Below, one piece after another: positions 56,904-64,000 of a DNA stretch of 64,000 nt. A program made the position numbers and the translations under genes. Every line of letters starts with the position of its first letter. Position 1 is the first letter of the stretch. The DNA lies in the NCBI GenBank assembly GCA_016201505.1, contig JACQCQ010000002.1:76750-140749 (forward strand), written 5' to 3'. The notes beneath the pieces are model-generated. The model did no database searches. It was not told the origin of the DNA and worked only from the letters and a program-made list of their open reading frames with translations. The DNA comes from Candidatus Sungiibacteriota bacterium (GTDB lineage: Bacteria > Patescibacteriota > Minisyncoccia > Sungbacterales > JACQCQ01).

Positions 56904-57741
56904 AACAAAAGAACCCGAAAATGACATCGAAACATTCAACAAGTTTTTGATAGGAGCTTGTTTGAAACACACGGCGGCCCCTGGTAGCAATGCCGGGGAG
57001 CGAAACCCGTAGAATCCCAAGGGGGTCCGGGTAAGAAAACCGACTCATATCGATGAAATCCACGTATGCATTCAACCTGTCATATGTTAGGATAATATCG
57101 AGGGAAGTCGTGTATGTTGCAATCGTTAACGCAAAATCAAAGGGCATATATTGCAGGTTTTCTTGATGGAGATGGAAGCATTTATGTGCGAGCAAAACCA
57201 AACCCTACTTATCGGTTTGGCTTTCAAATTGCTCCATATATAGTATTTTTCCAGTCACAATCTAGTCAGGAAAGATTTGGGGAGATATGCAAGTTGATTA
57301 GCGTGGGACATTTACGCATTCGAAGTGACGGTATTCTTGAGTACATCATAAATCGTATTGATGAAATCAAGATGTTGCTGGAATGTGTTCGTCCCTTCGC
57401 AATTCTCAAAAGGCGACAGATAGATTTGATGTTGAAAATAATTGAATCAAAGTCGCAAGTAGAGAACGAAGACGATTTTGAGAAACTTCTTCAACTAGTA
57501 AATTCTTATCGAGAATTAAACTATTCTAAGAAGAGAAAGCAACGTTCATTGACCCCGTAGAGACTTGTCGTGAAAGCGGCAGAGTAATTCAGAAATGATT
57601 TGCTAACACGTCGGTCACCCATTAAATGTAGATACTGTTTAATGGGTTGGTGGTATAGTCCAATCCCTCTAGTAATAGAGGAAGGTTAAGCATTTAGTAA
57701 CCTTAATTCTTGACTCTAAATTCTTAATTCTAGTAAACAGC
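56904..57741 (+). mobile_element. group I-type intron at 23S position 2593 (I-CreI homing site) encoding a LAGLIDADG endonuclease
   Basis: The exon junction is 'gggttcaaaccgtc | gtgagacaggttgg', which corresponds to the E. coli sequence AACGTC^GTGAGACAG. Confidence 0.7.
57114..57560 (+). CDS. single-motif LAGLIDADG homing endonuclease, I-CreI-like
   Basis: The motif is 'YIAGFLDGDGSIYVRAKPNPTYRFGFQ'. Overall similarity extends to I-CreI ('LAGFVDGDGSIIAQIKPNQSYKFKHQ…LVLKIIE' versus 'IDLMLKIIE'). Confidence 0.8.
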   Translation: MLQSLTQNQRAYIAGFLDGDGSIYVRAKPNPTYRFGFQIAPYIVFFQSQSSQERFGEICKLISVGHLRIRSDGILEYIINRIDEIKMLLECVRPFAILKRRQIDLMLKIIESKSQVENEDDFEKLLQLVNSYRELNYSKKRKQRSLTP

Positions 57742-57883
57742 GTGAGACAGGTTGGTCTCCTATCTTCTGTGGGCGTAGAAATTTGAGAGGGCTTCTGGAC
57801 AGTACGAGAGGACCTTCAGGAACAAACCTCTGGTGTACCAGCTGTTCCGCCAGGAGCATCGCTGGGTAGCTATGTTTGGTTGT

Positions 57884-57914
<31 letters not shown>

Positions 57915-58294
57915 ACGCCTCAAGATAAGATTTCATAGATCCCTGAGAGATTATCAGGTTGATAGGGTGCAGGTGTACATGGAGTAATCCATTCAGCCGA
58001 GCACTACTAATAGATCATCACCACTTTTTATTTTCCTTTGCCCGCCGAAGCGTTATGCGACGGCAGGACGGTGAGAATAATACAATTCTTGCCCGCCTAA
58101 GTTTTTCGTTAGAAAAATTTTGGCGGGGTTTATTACCCTTTTGCAGTTATTAGCTTTGAATGTGCGTTTCTCCAAAATAAAACTTGCCGACCTCGAACGC
58201 GCCGGACTCGGCCGCGAGGTCTGAGAGGGAAAGGAGAGCCTCTAAGCTCTTATCCTACCCTCTCTCTAACACCGAGTTTCGTATTTTAAAATTC

Positions 58295-58336
58295 CATCTA
58301 GTACAATATATCCGATCGGATATATTGTACTAGATG
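58295..58336. repeat. 42-bp perfect palindrome catctagtacaatatatccgatcggatatattgtactagatg in 23S–5S spacer
   Basis: Read directly. Confidence 0.8.
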
Positions 58337-58500
58337 AGTGAGGAATAATAGATAGCAATAATATAAAGCATTGTTTTGGTGGCTTACAGGTACGTGGCAC
58401 CACCCCCGCCTGCGCTAAGGCTTCGGCGGGTAAGCCTTTCTCTGCTACACAACGCAGTTGTGCCACGGGACTTAGCATTCCGACTGTGCCCCGTACCAAA

Positions 58501-58621
58501 TTTGCTATTTGCTGGTGTCTTTCATCTTTTGGGTACCACCCCTTCCCATTCCGAACAGGGCCGTTAAACCAAAAGTAGCCGATGATACTCGGAGGTTTAG
58601 CCTCCCGGGAAAGTAGGTGAT
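58501..58621 (+). rRNA. rrf: 5S ribosomal RNA
   Basis: '…gggtaccaccccttcccattccgaacagggccgttaaacc…gccgatgatactcggagg…gggaaagtaggtgatgccagcat' aligns with the 5S consensus. This includes helix I pairing of gctggtg with caccagc. Confidence 0.6.
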
Positions 58622-58883
58622 GCCAGCATATAAAAGATTTGGTTCGGGGACCCCGAGCAATCGCTCCCGCGATATTTGGAGGCAGGGGGCAGGGTCTCAC
58701 TTCGGAAAGCATAGCAGGGCGAAGTCCCGCATCGAGCTTTGCTCTGGTGCGGGATAGCTGCCGCCAGAACAATGCTTTTTATTTTTCCCACGAAGTGGGA
58801 AAAATAACCCTGAGCGCAGTTGAAGGGTCACACTATTCTCATTATTCCTAATTCCTGATTCATAATTCATAATGAAGGGCATG

Positions 58884-58994
58884 GATCCCGTTAGAAGCCG
58901 CGATCGTCGAATGATAGGATAAAATATAACTGATTTAAATATCATTAACACTACGCAGATTCCGCGCAGAATCGCGATCTGCTTCTAACGGGAT
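58884..58994. mobile_element. solo MITE-like element of the 15766–16347 family
   Basis: atcccgttagaagccgcgatcg…(60 nt)…gcgatctgcttctaacgggat. Its 3' terminus ends at the ATG of the next gene. Confidence 0.6.
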
Positions 58995-59778
58995 GGACTG
59001 GCGTACCGCTCGACAATTGACCGTGATTTTTATCGCCGTTTTGGTTGTCGGCGGCATTCTTTTTTTTCTCACCTACGGCTATTTCCATCAGCCGGCATCG
59101 TGTACTGATAACAAGAAAAATCAGGGAGAAGAAGAAGTTGATTGCGGCGGCCCCTGCGAGCCGTGCGCCTTCAAGCATCAAAAGCCAGCAGAAGTTTTTT
59201 TCGCCCGAGTTTTGCCGTTGCGGCCGGGGAACTATGATGTCGTGGCTGAAATTCAAAATCCCAATGATCATTTAGCAGCGAATCCCTTAGCCTATCGGGT
59301 GCATGTGTTTGATGATCACGGAGTTGAAATTGCAACGCGGGAAAATCTAACCTTCGCCTATCCCAGTGACAAGATCTATATCGTTGAAAGCAACTTTCTA
59401 ACCGAGCGCAAACCAGTTCACGCGAGCCTTGAAGTCATTGACCAGGCAACTTTGTGGACATTCACCAATGACTTGCGTCCGGAATTTCAAATTGGCAATA
59501 AAACCTATGTAGTTTCGGCCGACAATGAGGTCAAAGTGACGGCTGATGTGATGAGTCGAGCTGATTTTGGGTTTAATCAAGTTGAAATCCGGGTGGCCCT
59601 GCTCGACAACGCGGGAAATGTCGTAGGGGCGGCTAAAACCATTCTGGATCATGTGAGTCCCCGCCAGTCTCGGCGGGTTGAATTTACCTGGCCGCAGGCG
59701 CCACAAGATTTGGTGGCTCACGTCGACATTGAAGCCAAAGCCAACGGCCTCGATAAAACCAATGTCTTTCTGCCGTAG
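58993..59778 (+). CDS. hypothetical membrane-anchored/secreted protein
   Basis: 261 aa with an N-terminal TM helix and a Cys-rich 'CGGPCEPCAF' segment. Confidence 0.45.
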   Translation: MDWRTARQLTVIFIAVLVVGGILFFLTYGYFHQPASCTDNKKNQGEEEVDCGGPCEPCAFKHQKPAEVFFARVLPLRPGNYDVVAEIQNPNDHLAANPLAYRVHVFDDHGVEIATRENLTFAYPSDKIYIVESNFLTERKPVHASLEVIDQATLWTFTNDLRPEFQIGNKTYVVSADNEVKVTADVMSRADFGFNQVEIRVALLDNAGNVVGAAKTILDHVSPRQSRRVEFTWPQAPQDLVAHVDIEAKANGLDKTNVFLP

Positions 59779-59780
59779 CG

Positions 59781-60941
59781 GTGAATTTCGACGCTCGTGA
59801 CATGCTAAAATCTTTTTTGGAATTGGCGCGGCAAATGGATTGGATATTGGCCGGATCCGTATTTGTATTGCTTTTATTAAGCCTCGTGTCGCTCGCCAGT
59901 TTCTCAACCACCACGCCCTTCCCGTATTTTTCGAGACAAATTATTTGGATCTTACTTGGTATCGCGGCTTTTTTTACCGTCAGCTTTTTTGACTACCGGA
60001 TTCTTAAAAATTATGGCGGCTTGCTGCTGTTGATTTATTTACTCTTGCTCGTGCTGCTTCTCGTTTTAATCGTCGTAGGGCGCGAGGTTCGCGGCGTTGT
60101 CTCGTGGTTTCGGTTTGGCTCGTTTGCGTTAGAGCCCGGGGAATTCATGAAAATTGCGCTGGTGCTGATTCTGGCCAAATATTTTTCGCGCCGGCATGTT
60201 GAAATTTATCGCCTGCGGCATCTCATTATTTCCGGCCTCTATGCCGGTATGCCGGCTTTTCTCGTATTACGCCAGCCCGATCTTGGTATGGCTGTAATTC
60301 TTGGGTCTATCTGGCTCGGTATCGTTTTGTTTTCTGGAATTAAATTTAAGCATCTGGCGATTTTTTTTCTGCTGCTTGCCGCTCTTTCGGTTTTTGGTTG
60401 GTATTTTATGTTAGCGCCCTACCAGCATGCGCGCATTATTTCATTTCTGAATCCCTGGAATGACCCCCTACATTCCGGCTATAATGCCATTCAAGCCATG
60501 ATTGCGGTCGGATCCGGTAAGATCTGGGGCAAGGGTTTGGGATACGGTTCACAGACCCACTTAAATTTTCTCCCCGAGCCGGCAACCGATTTTATTTTTG
60601 CCGGGTTTGCCGAAGAATGGGGACTTATCGGTGTTTTATTTCTACTGCTTATTTATTTTGTATTTTTTTTACGCTTATTTCGCATTGGCATGCGAGCAGG
60701 GGATAATTTTGCGCGGCTCGTGATTCTCGGTGTAACGACTGTGTTTTTTGTCCATGTCATGATTAATATTGGCATGAATATGGGCTTATTTCCGATAACT
60801 GGCATCACCCTGCCCTTTGTTTCTTATGGAGGATCCTCGATTTTGACGGACATGATTCTCGTCGGGCTGGTCCAAAGTATTTCGGTTCGTTCGTTAAAAA
60901 GTACTGCCTTTACCACTCGCGAGAGCCTGGTTGCGGCTTAA
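59781..60941 (+). CDS. FtsW/RodA/SpoVE family peptidoglycan glycosyltransferase
   Basis: 386 aa and polytopic. It has 'PGEFMKIALVLILAKYF' and 'TDFIFAGFAEEWGLIG' SEDS-family blocks. The start is GTG, so its exact position is uncertain. Confidence 0.8.
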   Translation: MNFDARDMLKSFLELARQMDWILAGSVFVLLLLSLVSLASFSTTTPFPYFSRQIIWILLGIAAFFTVSFFDYRILKNYGGLLLLIYLLLLVLLLVLIVVGREVRGVVSWFRFGSFALEPGEFMKIALVLILAKYFSRRHVEIYRLRHLIISGLYAGMPAFLVLRQPDLGMAVILGSIWLGIVLFSGIKFKHLAIFFLLLAALSVFGWYFMLAPYQHARIISFLNPWNDPLHSGYNAIQAMIAVGSGKIWGKGLGYGSQTHLNFLPEPATDFIFAGFAEEWGLIGVLFLLLIYFVFFLRLFRIGMRAGDNFARLVILGVTTVFFVHVMINIGMNMGLFPITGITLPFVSYGGSSILTDMILVGLVQSISVRSLKSTAFTTRESLVAA

Positions 60942-61081
60942 TCGTAGCTAGTGGCTAAGGGCTAGTGGCTATATACTAGTTTTAATGATCCCTCGGCGTT
61001 GCTCGGGACGAGTTTTAGAAAAGGGTCTATTAATATTTTCAGCTCTCCCATGTGTCCAACTTGTGGTGAGCTCATCGAACC

Positions 61082-61540
61082 ATGACTATCTATCTTGGGG
61101 CAGACCATCGCGGCTTTGGTTTAAAAGAGCATGTCAAGGCTCAATTAACTGAGGCCGGCTATGACGTTCGCGACATCGGCGCTGCGCAGATAGACGTAGC
61201 CGATGATTATCCTGATTTTGCGATTATAGCCCTCGAGGCCCTTAGTCAGGATTTAAAAAATAGAGCCATTTTAATTTGCGGTTCCGGGCATGGCATGGAT
61301 ATGATTGCCAATAAATTTTCCGGCGTTCGGGCGGCGCTTTGTTTTAATACAGCGGTGGCTAAACAATCGCGCGAGCATGAGGATGCCAATGTGTTAGTTT
61401 TGGCTTCCGACTGGGTAAAAGAACAAGAGGCCTGGAATATCATCGAGATCTGGCTTGAGACAGAGTATGGGAAGGCGGAAAGAAATGAAAGAAGACTTCG
61501 AAAAATAAAGGAGATTGAGGAAAAACATTTTAAAGAGTAA
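61082..61540 (+). CDS. rpiB: ribose-5-phosphate isomerase B
   Basis: 'MTIYLGADHRGFGLKEHV' matches the RpiB/LacAB family. Confidence 0.8.
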   Translation: MTIYLGADHRGFGLKEHVKAQLTEAGYDVRDIGAAQIDVADDYPDFAIIALEALSQDLKNRAILICGSGHGMDMIANKFSGVRAALCFNTAVAKQSREHEDANVLVLASDWVKEQEAWNIIEIWLETEYGKAERNERRLRKIKEIEEKHFKE

Positions 61541-61602
61541 TCGCCAATATACGAATCTACACGAAATATACCAATATACAAATTCGTATATTCGTGATTA
61601 CT

Positions 61603-62271
61603 ATGAATCTTGAAATCATCCCCGCCATTAACGCGGAAACGTTTAAAGAAGTTGAGAAAAAAATAAGACAAGTTGAGCCCTATGTTCGCTGGGTGCATTT
61701 GGATGTAGCGGACGGCACATTTACACCAAACACACTCTGGCATAATGCCGCAGAACTTTTTGTTTTAAAGACGAATGCGCTCGTTGAGGTGCATTTAATG
61801 GTCGAGGAGCCGGAGAAAGTCATTGATGCTTGGATCGGCGCCGGGGCCAAGCGCATTATTATACAAGTCGAGACCATCGAAGATTTTACATTCCTCAAAT
61901 CGCGCTGCGATCAACATAAAGTTTTTTTGATGGTATCCGCCGCGCCGCAAACCTCATGGCAAGAACTCAAGCCCTATGCCGCAAAAAATGTTGTCTCGTA
62001 TCAATTTTTGACAGTCTGCCCGGGACTTCCCGGCCAGTCGTTCATCGAAGGCGGGACCAGTGAATATCCTGAAAATATTTTCGATAAAATTAAAGGCTTG
62101 CGAGCAAAATGCAGTTACTGCGACATTGAAGTCGACGGTGGAGTAAGGCCCGGCATTGCGCGCCGCTGCCGCGAGGCCGGCGCTAATCTGTTTGCTGCGG
62201 CTTCGGCGATTTTTAGCGGACTGGAAATCAAAACCGCCATAGACGCGTTAAAAAACGATGTTGCGCTATAA
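61603..62271 (+). CDS. rpe: ribulose-phosphate 3-epimerase
   Basis: It has 'VHLDVADGTFTPN' and the conserved 'VDGG' motif. Confidence 0.8.
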   Translation: MNLEIIPAINAETFKEVEKKIRQVEPYVRWVHLDVADGTFTPNTLWHNAAELFVLKTNALVEVHLMVEEPEKVIDAWIGAGAKRIIIQVETIEDFTFLKSRCDQHKVFLMVSAAPQTSWQELKPYAAKNVVSYQFLTVCPGLPGQSFIEGGTSEYPENIFDKIKGLRAKCSYCDIEVDGGVRPGIARRCREAGANLFAAASAIFSGLEIKTAIDALKNDVAL

Positions 62272-62299
62272 ATTCGATAGACTAGTCTATCGAATTTAT
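62268..62299. repeat. 32-bp perfect palindrome ataaattcgatagactagtctatcgaatttat overlapping rpe stop codon
   Basis: It shares the 22-bp core ttcgatagactagtctatcgaa with 7314–7353. Confidence 0.8.
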
Positions 62300-62423
62300 A
62301 GCGTTTTGGCGTTTTAGTATTTCTAGTTCACAAGATTGGCCCGTGATGCTATAGTGAACCTAACATAGAGGCTGGTCGAAACTCTATATTCTTATTCCTT
62401 TTTCGTGATTCTATTTTTATTTT

Positions 62424-62696
62424 ATGATGGACATAGCAAAAGACGGCATGCAGCATGATAAAATGCATTGGCACTGCTGCTGGATGCCGATGCTGGGGAA
62501 ACTTCTCTGGGTGCTGGCGTTTCTGGAAATGATCGGGGCACTGCTTGCCTATTGGAGTGGCGGAGAATTCTTGGGCGTTCACGGCATGACCTGGCTCTGG
62601 TTCTCCTTGGTTAAAGGCGTTCTTGCGACAGGAGCCAAGATGAAGCCTCACTGGTGCAGCTGCACGCAATGCTCGAGCGGAAAGCCGATGATGTAA
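62424..62696 (+). CDS. small His/Cys/Met/Trp-rich membrane protein (90 aa)
   Basis: It has 'HDKMHWHCCWMPM' and 'HWCSCTQCSSGKPMM' segments and one TM helix. It could be metal-binding. Confidence 0.35.
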   Translation: MMDIAKDGMQHDKMHWHCCWMPMLGKLLWVLAFLEMIGALLAYWSGGEFLGVHGMTWLWFSLVKGVLATGAKMKPHWCSCTQCSSGKPMM

Positions 62697-62885
62697 TCAA
62701 AAAGCCCCAGTCGATTTATCCCGGATGGTGTCGCAGGGATATTGAGGGGCTTTTTGATTTGCCCGCCTAAGTTTTTGTTAGAGGTTTATATCTTGAGATT
62801 CTCCTTTTATTAATATCCCCATGACAAAGACTTAGACGGGTGTGTGGATTCGCTCTCACGCGGGCCTGGGATACAATAGAAACTA

Positions 62886-63743
62886 ATGCGTTTAGATGAC
62901 GAAAAACTTAAATTTCTAGAAACAAAAGCCAACGAGATTCGCCAGTCGATTATTGGGATGCTGGTGGCTGCGGGCTCCGGCCATTCTGCCGGACCATTGG
63001 GGATGGCCGATGTTTTTGCGGCTCTTTATTTTCACTCGCTTGCGCTGGACCCTAAAAATCCGTCGTGGGAGGGACGCGATCGGCTCGTCCTTTCAAACGG
63101 GCATATTTGCCCGGTGTTATATGCGACCATGGCGCATGCCGGATATTTTCCTGTTGAAGAATTAAAAACACTGCGTAAATTCGGGACTCGTCTCCAAGGT
63201 CATCCACATAGGACTAGTCTTCCCGGGCTCGAGACCTCATCTGGTCCGCTTGGTTCCGGCCTTTCGCAAGCCATTGGTATGGCCCTGGGACTTCGCATGG
63301 ATAAAAAATTAAACTGGGTTTTGTGTTTGATGAGCGATGGCGAACAGGATGAGGGGCAAACTTGGGAAGCCGTACTCCAGGCGGGAAAAGAACGACTATA
63401 CAATCTGATCTGCATCATGGATCGCAATAATATCCAGATTGACGGCAACACCGAAGACATCATGCCGCTTGAGCCCTTGAAGGCCAAATACGAGGCTTTT
63501 AACTGGCATGTTTTAGAGATTGACGGGCATAATTTCGACCAAATTATCTCGGCCATTGACGAGGCCAAGGCCATTTACGAAAAACCGAAGATGATTATTG
63601 CCCACACCATTCCCGGGAAGGGCGTTGATTTCATGGAGCGCAGATTTGAGTGGCATGGTGTTCCGCCCAACAAAGAACAGGCCGAAATTGCCCTTGAGGA
63701 GCTACGCACTCTGGGCGGTAGAATAACCAGTGAACATCAATAG
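62886..63743 (+). CDS. transketolase, N-terminal (TPP-binding) subunit
   Basis: It has 'GSGHSAGPLGMADVFAALYF' and 'DGEQDEGQTWEA' motifs. It is in operon context with rpiB and rpe. Confidence 0.8.
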   Translation: MRLDDEKLKFLETKANEIRQSIIGMLVAAGSGHSAGPLGMADVFAALYFHSLALDPKNPSWEGRDRLVLSNGHICPVLYATMAHAGYFPVEELKTLRKFGTRLQGHPHRTSLPGLETSSGPLGSGLSQAIGMALGLRMDKKLNWVLCLMSDGEQDEGQTWEAVLQAGKERLYNLICIMDRNNIQIDGNTEDIMPLEPLKAKYEAFNWHVLEIDGHNFDQIISAIDEAKAIYEKPKMIIAHTIPGKGVDFMERRFEWHGVPPNKEQAEIALEELRTLGGRITSEHQ

Positions 63744-64000
63744 TCATTAGTTTTTTAGCTGTGGTCTTAAGTCATCAGTTCGAGTTAAACTAAAACCAGC
63801 GACGAGTAACTAAAAAGAAGAATTAAAAACCAAGAACTAAAACGATGTCAAACCTTTATACCCAATCACTAGAGTCCAAGCTTTATTTTGTCGTTTTCTT
63901 TTTATCTTCAAGCTTTTTAGCGGTTCAAATTTATCGGTCGGGTCTCTACACTATTGTTCTCGACGCTGAAACACATCAAAGCCAAAGTTTAACAGCATTA

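Noticed and set aside
63846-64000. Partial + strand ORF at the window edge (MSNLYTQSLESKLYFVVFF…)
   Set aside because: It is too short and truncated to call. It does not resemble the expected transketolase C-terminal subunit, so no product could be supported.

Overview
This 64-kb window comes from a small-genome, mid/low-GC bacterium. Gene content and organisation resemble Candidate Phyla Radiation (Parcubacteria-like) genomes: SecA, SecD/SecF, FtsW/RodA, EF-P, HPF, DinB, PurD, MurB, PepN, split and fused transketolases, a VirD4-like ATPase, and an rRNA locus with no 16S.

Main contents:
- 1–22 kb: a cell-envelope glycan/teichoic-acid-like island.
  - AcpS – FkbH-like HAD-IIIC loader – ACP – hot-dog dehydratase – MBOAT – DltD-like SGNH protein – methyltransferase cassette.
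  - Two TagB/F-like GT-B transferases, one of them an anomalously GC-rich gene.
  - A KDN/nonulosonic-acid-like NeuA – KdsC-like – NeuB set with a fused transketolase, an aldehyde dehydrogenase and an SDR.
  - An O-antigen-ligase-like TPR protein, a sugar dehydrogenase, a WbaP-like priming transferase and a GT4 glycosyltransferase.
- 22–50 kb: housekeeping genes.
  - murB, hpf, tandem pyruvoyl SAM-decarboxylase paralogs, secA, purD, dinB, CYTH, pepN, a cyclophilin, an orphan Cas4-like nuclease, an S1 protease, secDF.
  - A membrane-protein + VirD4/TraD-like ATPase pair, interrupted by an 'IVS-type' four-helix-bundle gene.
  - Two tandem Cys-rich mini-ORFs, and efp.
- 50.9–58.6 kb: a mosaic 23S rRNA gene of about 7.1 kb, carrying at least eight insertions, followed by a 5S rRNA.
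  - Four copies of a roughly 70-nt intervening-sequence (IVS) hairpin, two of them identical.
  - ORF-carrying IVSs at helix 25 and helix 63. One encodes three translationally coupled mini membrane peptides.
  - A group-I-type insertion at the 1917–1931 site.
  - An intron at the I-CreI site (position 2593) that encodes an I-CreI-like LAGLIDADG endonuclease.
- 59–64 kb: ftsW/rodA, rpiB, rpe and the transketolase N-terminal subunit.

Repeats are prominent: a MITE-like element family (an array at 15.77–16.35 kb and a solo copy at 58.9 kb, both abutting start codons), a family of 30–42 bp perfect palindromes at gene ends, and a dispersed 'gtctacagtctac…gcggtagtcagtag' element.

No CRISPR array, tRNA or 16S rRNA could be supported from the sequence.
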